Positions 33,804 through 44,039 of a DNA stretch of 64,000 nt are shown piece after piece. Origin of the DNA: an uncultured delta proteobacterium (GTDB lineage Bacteria; Myxococcota_A; Polyangia; Fen-1088); assembly GCA_963767925.1 (NCBI GenBank), contig CAVYGB010000012.1, forward strand, positions 10,078 through 74,077, written 5' to 3'. Within the stretch, counting starts at the first letter, position 1, and the number at the start of each line of letters is the position of its first letter. The notes beneath the pieces were generated by a model that had not been told where the DNA came from, did no database searches, and was given only the letters and a program-made list of their open reading frames with translations. Made by a program: the position numbers and the translations under genes.

Positions 33804-35858
33804 ATGGAGCGGGGGCGTCTCGTGGTGGTGACTGAGGAGGATGCGCTGGTCGGGTTCGCCGAGGTGGACCGTCGCAACCGGCGCGTCCGCGAGCTCGGCG
33901 GCCTGCTGCTCGGCCTGCTCGAGGCAAGCACCCTGCGGGCCCGGGTCGAGGCCCTGGTCCGGCTGGCGCGCTGGATGGCCGAGTTCGATCCGCGCTTCCC
34001 GATGCCGCTGGCCACCGCGCCACCGGTCCCCGCCGCGGCCTGGCGGCGGCTCGCCGCCCTGGTGACCGTCCTGCACGATCCCCCGCTGCGCGATCCGGTC
34101 CGGATCCAGCTCGGCCGGCTCCTCGCCGAGAGCGACGGCGTGGCCCTGCTGGCGCAGAGCGGGCTGCCCAACGACCGGGGGCTGCTCAGCGAGACCGCCG
34201 ATCGCCTGTTCCGGCGCATCTTGCCCGAGCCGCCCGACGATCAGAACCTGGCGGTGGTGGTGGGGCGAATGTTCCCCACGCCGCAGGCCCTGCGCTTCCT
34301 CGAGCAGCTCCCCCCCGAGCTGTTCGCCCGCCTGTGCCGCGCGCTCGGGGCCGACGACGCCCGGGGCGTCGTGTTCGCCAGCCTGGCGGCGGCGGTGCGC
34401 GACGCCTTCGTGCTTGTCTCGGCGCGCGTGCAGGGGCTGGGTCTGTCCGAGCCGATCCGGGAGCGCAGCCGCCGCCTGCCCCTGCAGCAGTCCCCCTTCC
34501 TCGCCCTGGCCCGCACCGGGACCCTGGTCGCCGCCGCCGATCGCGACGGCGAGCGCCGCTGGCGGGCCGCCGTGCAGGGCTGCCGGGAGGAGCTGCGGGC
34601 CGTGCAGGCCAAGCTCGAGGAGACCGGGATCAGCGTGGACGTGGTCTTCGAGATGGAGATCATGGAGCAGGCCCTGCGGCGGCTGGAGCGGCTTGTCGCG
34701 GTGATGACCGCCCCCTCCGGCGCCGCCGAGGCGGCCGCCGCCCGCGATCTCCTGGCGGTGGTCGTGCGCGCCCGCCAGTCGGACCGCAGCCTGCGCGCGC
34801 TGGCCTACTCCAACCTGCACCTGCTGGCCCGCAAGCTGGTCGAGCGGGCGGGCCGCACCGGCGAGCACTACATCGCCCTCACCCGCCTCCAGTACTGGCA
34901 CCTGCTGGGAACGGCGGCGGGCGGCGGCCTCGTCACCCTCGCCACCGCCTCGCTGAAGGTGCGCATCGCCGCCCTGCACCTGGCCCCGTTCCTCGAGGGG
35001 CTGCTGGCCGGGACCAACTACGCGCTCTCGTTCATCCTCATCCAGCTCTGCGGCTTCACCCTGGCCACCAAGCAGCCATCGATGACCGCCGCCACCCTGG
35101 CCGAATCGATCCGGGAGGGGGCCGGTCCCGAACGCATGGGCGACCTGGTGACCCACGTGACCCGCATCGTGCGATCGCAGCTCTGCGCCGCCTTCGGGAA
35201 CATCGGCACGGTGGCGCTGGCCGCCATCGCCTTCGACCTCGTCTACCGCTGGCGCTCCGGACACTCCTTCCTCTCGCCCGAGAAGGCCGACGCCGTGTTG
35301 CGCTCGCTCCACCCGCTCGAGAGCGGCACCATCTGGTACGCGGCCATCACCGGCGTCATCCTGTGGGCCTCCAGCCTGGCCGGCGGCTGGATCGAGAACT
35401 TCTGCGTCTACCGGCGGCTGCCCCAGGCCATCGCCGAGCACCGCCTGGGAGACGTGGTGGGGCGACCCTTCCTGCAACGGATGAGCGCCCGCTTCGCCCG
35501 CAACATCTCGGGGCTGGGGAGCGGCGTGGCCCTGGGGTTGATGCTGGGGATGACGCCGGTGCTGGGCGCCTTCTTCGGCCTGCCCCTCGACGTCCGCCAC
35601 GTCACCCTCTCGGCCGGCACCCTGGCGGTGGCCCTCGCCAGCCTCGACTTCGTGCCCCCCCGGACCGCCTTGCCCGCGGTGGTGGGGATCGGCGTGATCT
35701 TCGTGCTCAACCTGGCCGTCAGCTTCCTCTGCGCCCTCACGGTCGCCCTCCGCGCCAAGGAGGTGCCGCGCCGGGACCGCTGGGCCCTGTTCGGCGCCAT
35801 CGTGGGCCGCCTCCTGCGCCGCCCCCTCGACTTCATCTTGCCGCCCGGACGATCCTGA
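33804..35858 (+). CDS. Gcr-like multi-pass membrane protein (the family annotated as 'site-specific recombinase')
   Basis: ETGISVDVVF, TGEHYIA, NYALSF, FTLATKQPSMTA, RSQxxAxxGN and LPLDVRHVTLS, with several TM helices. Confidence 0.85.
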   Translation: MERGRLVVVTEEDALVGFAEVDRRNRRVRELGGLLLGLLEASTLRARVEALVRLARWMAEFDPRFPMPLATAPPVPAAAWRRLAALVTVLHDPPLRDPVRIQLGRLLAESDGVALLAQSGLPNDRGLLSETADRLFRRILPEPPDDQNLAVVVGRMFPTPQALRFLEQLPPELFARLCRALGADDARGVVFASLAAAVRDAFVLVSARVQGLGLSEPIRERSRRLPLQQSPFLALARTGTLVAAADRDGERRWRAAVQGCREELRAVQAKLEETGISVDVVFEMEIMEQALRRLERLVAVMTAPSGAAEAAAARDLLAVVVRARQSDRSLRALAYSNLHLLARKLVERAGRTGEHYIALTRLQYWHLLGTAAGGGLVTLATASLKVRIAALHLAPFLEGLLAGTNYALSFILIQLCGFTLATKQPSMTAATLAESIREGAGPERMGDLVTHVTRIVRSQLCAAFGNIGTVALAAIAFDLVYRWRSGHSFLSPEKADAVLRSLHPLESGTIWYAAITGVILWASSLAGGWIENFCVYRRLPQAIAEHRLGDVVGRPFLQRMSARFARNISGLGSGVALGLMLGMTPVLGAFFGLPLDVRHVTLSAGTLAVALASLDFVPPRTALPAVVGIGVIFVLNLAVSFLCALTVALRAKEVPRRDRWALFGAIVGRLLRRPLDFILPPGRS

Positions 35859-35868
35859 GGCGGTCGGC

Positions 35869-36993
35869 TCAGAGCCGCTCGCCGGCGGCCAGGGTGGCCA
35901 CCTCGCGGTCGAGCAGCGGCCGGCCGTAGACAAGCAGCTCGTCGAGCGAGCCGGGCAGGTGGTCGGCGGTGCGGGGATCGTCGCCGGCGGCGGCCGCCCC
36001 CGCCCCGATGATCAGCGGCTCGCCGCTGGGGGGCAGGCGGCCCGGGTGGGCGGCGCTGCCGACCCGCTCGCCGTCGAGGAAGAGGCGGACGGCCTTGCCG
36101 TCGAAGATCATCGCCACGTGAACCCAGCGCCGGGTGGGGATGACCCGATCGCTCTCCAGGCTCAAAGCGCTGTCCGGCCCGGCGCCCGCGAGCTGCACCT
36201 TCAGGCGCCGCTCCTTCACCTCGAGGCGAAACAGCAGACCGCTGCCGCCGGCCGCCGCCCGGGTGACGATGATGCCGGGGTCCTGCTCGGCGGGCAGGCG
36301 GATCCAGGCGGCCAGGCTGAGGCGGTCGCTGATGCGGTCGAGGTGGGTCGAGCGCGGCACCAGGAGGTGGCCGTCGCGGCCGCCGGCCCGCAGGTCGAGC
36401 GCCCCGCCGAGGCGGCCGTCGATCCAGGCCGTCCGCGCGTCGACCCCGCGCAGGAGCGCGTGCTGGGCGAAGCCCGAGCGATCCAGGGCCGTGGTCCGCC
36501 CGGCCGGGTCGTCGAAGGTGAACCAGAGCAGCGGCTCGCGCGGCGCCGGCGCCAGCGGGGCGGTCGCTTCCGCCTCGACCGCCGGGGCGCCGTCGGTGCG
36601 CGGGTTCGCGTCGGTCGGGACGTCGGCGTCGGGCGGCACGCCCGCGTCGGAGAGGACGACCGGCGGCGAGGGCGAGGGCGAGGGCAGCGACGGCGCCGGC
36701 GGCGGCAGATCGATGGTCGGGACGCCCTCCGGCGGCGAGGTGCCCGCAAGCGGCGGGCTGCCTTCTGGCAGCGGCGGGGGTGGCTGATCGACGGGCGGCC
36801 TCCGGGAGGCGCGCCCCGGATCGGGGGCGGGCGGGGCCTGATCGGCGGGCTCCTCGAGAGCGGGATCGGCGGCGCTCAGCCCTCCCTCGTCGATGCGACA
36901 GGCCGGCGCGATCAGCGCGAGGATCGCCCCCAGCATGATTCGTCGTGTGTTTCCCACCCTCCACCCTCCTTCGGCCCAGCTGAAACTTTCCAT
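35869..36993 (-). CDS. Lipoprotein with a Pro-rich linker and a LamG-like jelly-roll domain
   Basis: IAPAC lipobox, WFTFDD, GRLGGALDL, LAAWI, WVHVAMIFDG, LFLDG and GSLDELLVY. Confidence 0.85.
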   Translation of the reverse strand: MESFSWAEGGWRVGNTRRIMLGAILALIAPACRIDEGGLSAADPALEEPADQAPPAPDPGRASRRPPVDQPPPPLPEGSPPLAGTSPPEGVPTIDLPPPAPSLPSPSPSPPVVLSDAGVPPDADVPTDANPRTDGAPAVEAEATAPLAPAPREPLLWFTFDDPAGRTTALDRSGFAQHALLRGVDARTAWIDGRLGGALDLRAGGRDGHLLVPRSTHLDRISDRLSLAAWIRLPAEQDPGIIVTRAAAGGSGLLFRLEVKERRLKVQLAGAGPDSALSLESDRVIPTRRWVHVAMIFDGKAVRLFLDGERVGSAAHPGRLPPSGEPLIIGAGAAAAGDDPRTADHLPGSLDELLVYGRPLLDREVATLAAGERL

Positions 36994-37384
36994 GGTGCTT
37001 CTCTTCCGCGCAGCCGGGTTTCTCCGTCGAGGCGATGGCGGACCAACTGGAGGTCGCTCGAACCCGAACCCTCGAAGCTGCGACAGGGTTGGAGTGTCCT
37101 CCCGGACGCATGGCAGGCGGGTATCGATCGAGTTACATCGAGGTAAGTCGCTCGCCCTGCGCGCGCCGGTCGCGGCCGCGGGCTAAGAATCTGCGCCGAA
37201 TAGCAGGCGCATGCCCGACGAGGAGAGCGCCACCTACCCGGCCGCACCGGGGTGATCTTCCGTCAGCACCGGAGATTCGAAGCCTTCGCAGCAGCGCGTG
37301 AGATGGCGGAGATCGTGGGCGTTTTCTTCCTCTGGGACTCAGCGTCTCTTCCGGGGCCCTGATCCCGTCGATGTCTCCCGGACG

Positions 37385-37984
37385 ATGAAGGCTGGTCTGC
37401 TGGGGCTGCTGCTGCCCCTCGGGATCTGCGCCGCCGCTGTCCCGGCCGCGGCGAGCGGGACCGAGACCGTCTACAGCCTGTACCGCTCGAGCTTCATCGC
37501 CCGGGACAAGCGGGTGCACGTCGCCACCTTCGATGCCCAGCACGCGAGCGCGATCGCCGCGGCCTCCACCAACTCGGACAACTGCAACCGGGTCGCGCGC
37601 GCGCTCAACGAGCAGCCCGGCTCGGGCAGCAAACACTGGTGCGAGCGGGGCCGGCACCGCCGCGAGCGGACCCAGGTCCTGCCTCCCCCGCCGGTCCTGA
37701 GCCGCGCGCGCCTGCGCCGGGACTCGACCCTCACCTGCAACTCCGCGGTGGCGGCCCGGACCTCGACCCCGGAAGACCTCGCCGTGGCCTGCACCGGCTG
37801 GAGCGCACTGGCGATCGCCCGGGCCGAGCTGCGCTTCCTGAGCGGCATGTGCAAGGCCGACAGCATCCAGGACTGCGATCGCCTCTGCTTCCACGCCCCC
37901 GCCGCCCTCCCCCGCAGCGAACGCACCGACATCGTCGACTGGGCCTGCCGCCGCCGCTCCGAGATCGTCGCCCAGAACCCCTGA
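37385..37984 (+). CDS. Secreted Cys-rich hypothetical protein
   Basis: Signal peptide followed by YSLYRSS...RVHVATFD...NC...WCERG and multiple cysteines. Confidence 0.65.
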   Translation: MKAGLLGLLLPLGICAAAVPAAASGTETVYSLYRSSFIARDKRVHVATFDAQHASAIAAASTNSDNCNRVARALNEQPGSGSKHWCERGRHRRERTQVLPPPPVLSRARLRRDSTLTCNSAVAARTSTPEDLAVACTGWSALAIARAELRFLSGMCKADSIQDCDRLCFHAPAALPRSERTDIVDWACRRRSEIVAQNP

Positions 37985-38063
37985 AGCCGGCGGGCCGTCC
38001 TGGCGACGGCCCGTGCCGGGGCGATTGATGTTGTCGAGCCCGAGCCCGACTGCACCGCCCGCC

Positions 38064-38567
38064 CTAGACGCGCATTTCACCGGCCGAGATCGTGTGCGTC
38101 CGGACAGAAGGCGACCGTCGGGCTGGTATTTGAATTGCCTCTTTCGCGGGCGCAAGCAACAAGTGACCCGGACGGTTGGCTTCCGCCCGGAAGATAACCA
38201 AAGAACGAAGGGCCACCGTGGACGGCATCGATACCTCGTCCCGCTCCCACCGTCCTACGGTCTGCTTATCTACCTCCAGGAGTGCTGCCAGCCCAGCCTG
38301 CGTTTGACCGAGGAATTTTCGAAGGAATCGAACCTCCTCGCCGCTCAACGATGTCTGAGTAACGACCACGAGCGCAAGGTTGAGCTCGATCTGCTCGAGG
38401 ACAACGCCGGCAATGAGCCGGTGCCCATCCGGACAGACGGCTACCGGCATTTCTTTCACCATCACAGGAAGTCCAAGGAATGCCGAGGCGTCGTACACCG
38501 GCACCAGCTCGGTCTTCGTGGGCTTTCCGCACTCGGAGCAGCTGGGGGATGAATCGATGGGGTTCAT
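38064..38567 (-). CDS. MqsA-like antitoxin (Zn ribbon plus Xre HTH)
   Basis: CSEC...CPDGH and LSGEEVRFLRKFLGQTQAGLAALLEVDKQTVGRWE. Confidence 0.8.
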   Translation of the reverse strand: MNPIDSSPSCSECGKPTKTELVPVYDASAFLGLPVMVKEMPVAVCPDGHRLIAGVVLEQIELNLALVVVTQTSLSGEEVRFLRKFLGQTQAGLAALLEVDKQTVGRWERDEVSMPSTVALRSLVIFRAEANRPGHLLLAPAKEAIQIPARRSPSVRTHTISAGEMRV

Positions 38568-38574
38568 GTGCTCC

Positions 38575-38877
38575 TCAAAAGACGGTTACCACGATGATTC
38601 GCTTGGAGATGTCCCGGTACGTCTCCACACCAACCGCGATGTCTTCGTCATCCAAGGTAGGACCCTCGATCCTCCAGCAGGTGCCTCCATTCTCTGGAGT
38701 GCCATCGTCGTATGCAGCGCACCGCGAGGCGTTTGCGATGGCATTCCTCACATCACGCTGCGTAATATGTCGCTCTCGAAAGCGGCTTGCACGGTGATCA
38801 GAAAACCAATACTTACCGTTGCTTACCGCATCCTTCGCCCATACCAAGGCATCGGCGGGAGTCTGCGGGCCCGGCAT
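38575..38877 (-). CDS. DUF4258-like putative toxin
   Basis: YWFSDHRASRFRERHITQRDVRNAI...WRIEGPTLD...IIVVTVF, 7 bp upstream of the antitoxin with a GAGGAG RBS between them. Confidence 0.75.
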   Translation of the reverse strand: MPGPQTPADALVWAKDAVSNGKYWFSDHRASRFRERHITQRDVRNAIANASRCAAYDDGTPENGGTCWRIEGPTLDDEDIAVGVETYRDISKRIIVVTVF

Positions 38878-38899
38878 CGAGTATCAAAAAAAGACTCTC

Positions 38900-39788
38900 A
38901 TCGCGGCCACGTCGCCGGCGGTACAGCGCCGAGGAGCGAATCAAGCTGCTCGACGAGGCGGATCAGCCGGGAGAGAGCATCTCGACGGTGGCCCGCAAGC
39001 ACGGCGTCTCACCGAGTGTGATGTGATGTTCCGGTGGGGCCAGCTGCGCGAGGCTCTGACCGGGCTCAAAGCGGACGAGGAGCTCGTGCCGGCGTCGGAG
39101 CTGAAGGCGGCACGCGCCAAGATCCGGGAGCTGCAGCGGCTGCTGGGCAAGAAGGCCGAGGAGGTCGACATCCTCAAGGAGGGACTGGAGTACGCGCGCG
39201 AAAAAACTGCTATGGCGGTCGCCGTTGCCTCGACGGGGGGCGAAAGATGACGACGGTCGCGAGGGCGTTCGGTGTGGCCCGTTCTCACCTCATCTCGAGG
39301 GTGCAGTCGCCCCGGGCGGCTGCACAGGCCCCCGCTTGTGGGCGCATAGATGCCAAGAGCGGCCGAGCGCAGGCGGGGTCAAGGTGGTGGTCGGCGTGGG
39401 GCAGGGCGACTTTACGCCGCCGAGCACGGTGGCAGACGTGGAGCTGCCCCAGGAGGTCCGGGAGGTGATCACGACACGAGCCCCGTACGGCTACCGGCGG
39501 AACGGCGGACGACCGCCATCATCCATCGCCGACGACGATCCGAGGGCAGGCCGCCCGTCAACCACAAGCGCGTGTATCGCGTGATGCGGAATCATGGCCT
39601 GCTGCTGCAGCGGCATTGGGCTGACCGGCTGGCCGCGTCCACGACGGCAAGGTCATCACGCGTAAGCCCAACCTGCGCTGGTGCTCGGACTGCTTCGAGG
39701 TCCGTGCCTGGAACGGCGAGCGCGTTCAGGTGGCGTTCGTACTGGACTGCTGCGACCGTGAGGTCATCGCGTCCACCGCGACCGTCGG
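38900..39788 (+). mobile_element. IS3-family (IS2-like) element, 5' part, degraded
   Basis: orfA reads RRRYSAEERIKLL...VARKHGVS...IRELQRLLGKK. orfB reads YGYRR...VNHKRVYRVMR...HDGKV...RWCSD...VLDCCDRE. Multiple frameshifts. Confidence 0.88.
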
Positions 39789-40821
39789 TGATCGTGCGCG
39801 TGTTTTCTGAGGGGAGTTCGATCACGCAGTTTGAGGGGCGGGGGGAGTCGAGGGATTAGAAGAGGCCGTCGTCTTCGCTGGGGGGGGGCGCAGGGCCGGG
39901 ATGGGAGCGGTCGTGAGGTCGCTCCGAACCTCGTTGACGCTTCGCGGTGAGCGTCCCGGATGGCGTCGATGATGTTCTCGAGGATCTGCACGACGGTGAG
40001 GGCGGTTCGGCCGTCGAGTGGCGGCAGGATCACGTGAGCGCGTGGAGGGGGCGGGCTCATCGCTTCTTCGCCTGCGCCGCGGCTCTGCGACGCGCGGGCT
40101 GCTGGAAGGACTCGAGGAAGAGCTTCTCGTCGAGGCGAGGCAGGTCGCGGTCGCCTACGATGGCGAGAAGTTCGTCGCCGAGGTTCATGAGCACGCGGTA
40201 GTTGCCGGCGGCGTGGTCGGCCAGGGTGGCCTTGAGCTCGGTCGTCATGAGGGTGGCGTTACCGGCGGCATCGAGGAGGTGATCGAGGCAGGCGAGCAGC
40301 TCGTCGCGGGAGGCGTACTCGAGGACGAGACGACGCCGGATGCGGCTGCCCAGGGGGAGCAGCTCTGCCGAGCGGAGACGCTCGACGAGGCGTGCGTCCC
40401 CGGCGAGCACCACTCAGAGGAGCTGGCGGGAGTCGAGTTCCTTGCTGGCCAAGACGCGCAGCTCGATGAAGACGGTGGTCAGCGTCTCCTGGGCCTCGTC
40501 GATCACCAGTACCGGGCGGCTGAGGGAGGAGACGATGTGGTCGGCCCAGCGGGCGTGCAGGGCCTTGAAGCCGCCCCAGCGGTTGTGCGACTGCAGCGGG
40601 ACACCGAAGAGGTCGCCGAGCTCGCGATAGAAGTCCATGGTGCGCGACTGCGGGTGCTCGATGGTGCCGACGACCACGTCACGCATAGCTGCGAGGCGCT
40701 TGGTGAGCAGGCGCAGGGCCACGTTCTTGCCAGTGCCGGGATCGCCGGTGATCATCACGTAGCCGCCGTCGGCGATGCCGAGCTCGATGCGACGGATGAA
40801 AGGGTCGACGGCGGCGGTGAG
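39789..40821 (-). mobile_element. Distal part of a transposon encoding an ExeA-like AAA ATPase and a small ORF
   Basis: Walker A GDPGTGK and Walker B VLVIDEAQ (frameshift near 40414), a coupled small ORF starting at 40060, and a terminus TGATCG... with internal repeats ending in tgagggg. Confidence 0.75.
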
Positions 40822-41731
40822 TGTCAAGGTAGTTGCCGCCTTGAAAGTTGCTCTCAGATCTGAATCTTCGCCCCCCTCGTGGAGGGCGATTGTCGGGAAG
40901 TGCTCGGGACGGTCAAGGGTTCGCTCGCGGGCTCGCCGGCGGTGGCCGCCGCCCTTGACCTGCCCTACGCCCTCCCCCGGAGCGCCGCGTATCGACGGCG
41001 GGGCCAGGTTTTGACGGGCGCAGGCTGGGTTGAGGCATACGACTGCGACCGACGTCCAGTTACGTGTCTGCCGCGTCCAGCGCTGGGGTGCCCGTCCTCG
41101 GGCGGCCTCGCACACCTGGCGGCGCCTGGCGAGGATGGCGCCGTCCCGCCCCTCGTGCCGCTCCACCGGAGTGACGAAGCGGATCCCCCTGTGCTGGTGG
41201 TCTTCGTCGTGCCAGCGCACGAACGCGTCGACCCACGCCTGCGCGGCCTCGAGGGTGATGAATGCCCCGTCAGGATACGACGGCCGATACTTCATGGTCC
41301 GAAAGAGCGCCTCCGAGAAGGCGTTGTCGTCGCTGGTGTGCGGTCGGCTGAACGTGCGGGTCACCCCCAGGTCCCGGAGCTTGACGAGCAAGGTTTGGCC
41401 CTTCATCGCCTGACCGTTGTCGCTGTGGAGCCCGAGTTGGCCAGACCTGACACCCTCTCGGTGATACCCCTCCTCCAGCAGAGCCGCCGCCAGCTCGTCC
41501 GACTCCCGTTCATGAACCCGCGCCGCCACGATCTTGCGGCTCCACACGTCGACGACCATGTACAGCATCCAGAACATCCCTCGCACCGGCGAGCGCAGGT
41601 ACACGATGTCCCACGCCCACGCCTGCAGCGGTCCCGTCGCCCGGAGCTCGGGTGGCCGTCGGCGGACGCGCGGTCGGCTTCGATGGCGGTGTGCCAGGAG
41701 CTTCCGTTTGTTCAGCAGCCGATACATCGTC
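40822..41731 (-). mobile_element. Second IS3-family element, 3' part (integrase core and right end)
   Basis: WAWDIVYL, VVDVWSRKIV, LHSDNG, SRPHTSDDNAFSEALFRTMKY and HRGIRFVTP. The end sequence gcggcaactaccttgaca terminates at 40822. Confidence 0.85.
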
Positions 41732-41800
41732 TGTTCAGCAGCCGATACATCGTCTGTTCAGCAGCCGATACATCGTCTGTTCAGCAGCCGATACATCGTC
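41709..41800. repeat. 23-bp perfect tandem repeat x4
   Basis: tgttcagcagccgatacatcgtc at 41709, 41732, 41755 and 41778. Confidence 0.95.
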
Positions 41801-42027
41801 CTCGCCAGAATGCAACGGCATGGCCGGGTCCTTCGTGAAGAGCTTCAAGCGCGACTGCGTGTACCTGGCCGACGTGCGCACCGCCGACGAGTTCCTGGCC
41901 CAACTGTCGGCTTGGTTAGACGACAGCCAAGTTCGGCCTCACAAGGGCTTGAAGATGCTTTCATCCATGGAGTACAGAGAGATCAACCTGGCGCGCTGGG
42001 ATGTCCGGTTCTCCGGGGGCAACTCCA
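41801..42027 (+). mobile_element. IS2-like element 3' end with right terminal repeat
   Basis: SPECNGMAGSFVKSFKRD...PHKGLKMLS, with the end tgtccggttctccgggggcaactcca (42002-42027). Confidence 0.8.
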
Positions 42028-42712
42028 GCCTTGCTGGTGTGTCGCGACTGATGGGAAGTTTAAATATTCTCGGAGGTGTCGAGGTAGGGGCGATTAGCAC
42101 GCTTGCGAGAGCGAGTCGATTGACGTTGGCTGCGGACCTCATGCGCCTGCGGACAGGCCGGGTCCGGGTACGGGCGACCCCTGAGACTGCATTACCCAAA
42201 TCCCCTGGGAGCCCCGGGTCTAACCGGTTCAGAGGCGGCGAACAGCCATTGTGATGCGAGCTCACTCGCTCATTGTCTTCCGCATTCGAGTCATCGCTTA
42301 CGCGTCGAAAAAACTTTCAGAATGGTCTTTACATTATAATCGTAGGCAACTAGGAGTTTTGAGGAAGAGATGAAGAGGTCGCCCGAAGGCCACGATACCT
42401 GAACAAGTCAGCGCCCGAACAGTAGCGGGTCCCCTCGGTGGCCCCATTTTCTTCGCGGGCGACCTCTCCGATCCGTTTCGTCCCAGTGCTGCCCGCCTCG
42501 CGCGAACAGGGACACTAGTGCGCCGCCCTCGAAGTAGCGTCAATCAGGCGACAACCCTGCGACCCCGCGAGGCGCAACGACAACGACTATCCGGGCGTAT
42601 TCCGAGGAGGAGCAACGAAGCGGGGGAAAGATCGTCGCCGAATGATTGATGCTAGTTCGAAGACGGTGCATTAGGCGGATGCTTTCCTGATAGAACGACA
42701 CACGAGGCCATC

Positions 42713-43408
42713 ATGCGAAATCGCAGGACCGCTTTGCTCATCGTTGGTTTCTCAGGAATAGGGATTCTCCTGGGTATCCTATGGACCCGTGAGAATCCGG
42801 CTTCGCTACAAAATCTTTCTGGTGAGAATGGCTCCAGGCAAAACCCGCGTCAGGAGCGTTCGTCAGAACGATCTGCTCGTTCGAAGCCATCCTCGGCCGT
42901 TCCGGGTCTGCGAGGAGGTCAGGTAGGTTCGCCCTCTTCGTCGCCCGTCCAAAACGATCCTCGGGCACCCGACTACGACGCTTCAAAGCTCACAGCTCTC
43001 GGTATTGGAGAGCGAGAGATCTTCAAGGCCGAACCCAGGAATCCTTCATGGGCCCAGCCGGTGGAGGACTCAATCCGGACAGCCCTTACGCGTGACTTCG
43101 AGGAGGTGCTGCCCGGGGCGAAGATTACGGAACTCGAGTGTCGAACGATGACATGCCGAATGGTTGTCTCGGCCAATGACTACGGCACGCTTCAGAAGGC
43201 GATAACGGTAGCTCAGTATGCTCCGCTAGCCCCCCTCTCCAAGTTCGGTGGGGGCGGTGCCCTGGACCGGACCATCTACATGGTCTTCACTCCGGAAACC
43301 CATTCTGTCGAGAACTATCGGGCCTGGTATCGCAAGATGCGGGAAGGCGCGCTTCCCGACATCCGCAGCGGGCGAGCAGCCAACGATCCGCCAGTGCCCA
43401 CCAACTGA
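42713..43408 (+). CDS. Hypothetical membrane-anchored protein
   Basis: N-terminal TM, GAGG RBS and the motif EPRNPSWA...LECRTMTCR. Lower GC. Confidence 0.75.
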   Translation: MRNRRTALLIVGFSGIGILLGILWTRENPASLQNLSGENGSRQNPRQERSSERSARSKPSSAVPGLRGGQVGSPSSSPVQNDPRAPDYDASKLTALGIGEREIFKAEPRNPSWAQPVEDSIRTALTRDFEEVLPGAKITELECRTMTCRMVVSANDYGTLQKAITVAQYAPLAPLSKFGGGGALDRTIYMVFTPETHSVENYRAWYRKMREGALPDIRSGRAANDPPVPTN

Positions 43409-43417
43409 GGCGACCAA

Positions 43418-44035
43418 ATGGCCGCTAAGACACTACTGGCGTTCCTCGCGCTTCTGACCTCGCTGGTCCTGACAGTCACAATCAGAGGCGTCTTGCGGAA
43501 ATCGCAGACACCAACTGTGGAGACTGACAAAGAAGACTACGAGCGGTTCGTCGAGTTCGGTTCTCCCGATGAAAATGTTCCAACGATTCCTGTAAGGACG
43601 GGGCGACTCGATCTCCCGTCCCCGGAGTTGGAGATTGTTCCTGTGAAGGTGCCTGCAGAACTGTCAGGTCTGCAGGCACAGATGGTCTCCGACGACCATC
43701 ATTCAGCAAGAAAGGCGCGAGCCCTGGCCAACGCCGTCTCAAGCTTCTTTCGGCTCCGAATCCGACAATGCTGGACAGGAAGAGGCGAGTTCGATCTCGA
43801 CGGAATCTCGTTTCGGTTGACGGCAGAGATCAGAAGCACCACCCGGTCCGCGGCTCTATCACAGATCGTGTTTGATGGGATCGAAGATGGGCCGGACATT
43901 GCCCCCATGATCCGCGCATGCGTCTCCAGATCCTTCGCAAGTGAAGAGAAGCTCGACACTAGCGGGACGGATTTCCCGAACTTCAGTGGGAGGGAGACGT
44001 TCTCCCTGAAGTTCGATTCCCTGACCTGCCGTTAG
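43418..44035 (+). CDS. Hypothetical membrane-anchored protein
   Basis: N-terminal TM, 9 bp after the previous stop, and a Cys pair (IRQCW...IRACV). Confidence 0.7.
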   Translation: MAAKTLLAFLALLTSLVLTVTIRGVLRKSQTPTVETDKEDYERFVEFGSPDENVPTIPVRTGRLDLPSPELEIVPVKVPAELSGLQAQMVSDDHHSARKARALANAVSSFFRLRIRQCWTGRGEFDLDGISFRLTAEIRSTTRSAALSQIVFDGIEDGPDIAPMIRACVSRSFASEEKLDTSGTDFPNFSGRETFSLKFDSLTCR

Positions 44036-44039
44036 TGGT

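Noticed and set aside
33804..35858. An active site-specific recombinase marking an island boundary
   Set aside because: The protein is multi-pass membrane with no tyrosine or serine recombinase motifs, so the family name alone is not evidence.
40414..41727. Novel integrase-ATPase fusion protein (437 aa ORF)
   Set aside because: It is an accidental read-through across the IS3 right end (40822) into the interrupted ATPase gene. Both parts are truncated.
41709..41800. Mini-CRISPR or plasmid iterons
   Set aside because: The units abut with no spacers, derive from transposase coding sequence, and no rep gene is nearby.
42030..42700. Retron msr/msd or other RT-linked RNA
   Set aside because: There is no reverse transcriptase in the window and only one modest inverted repeat.
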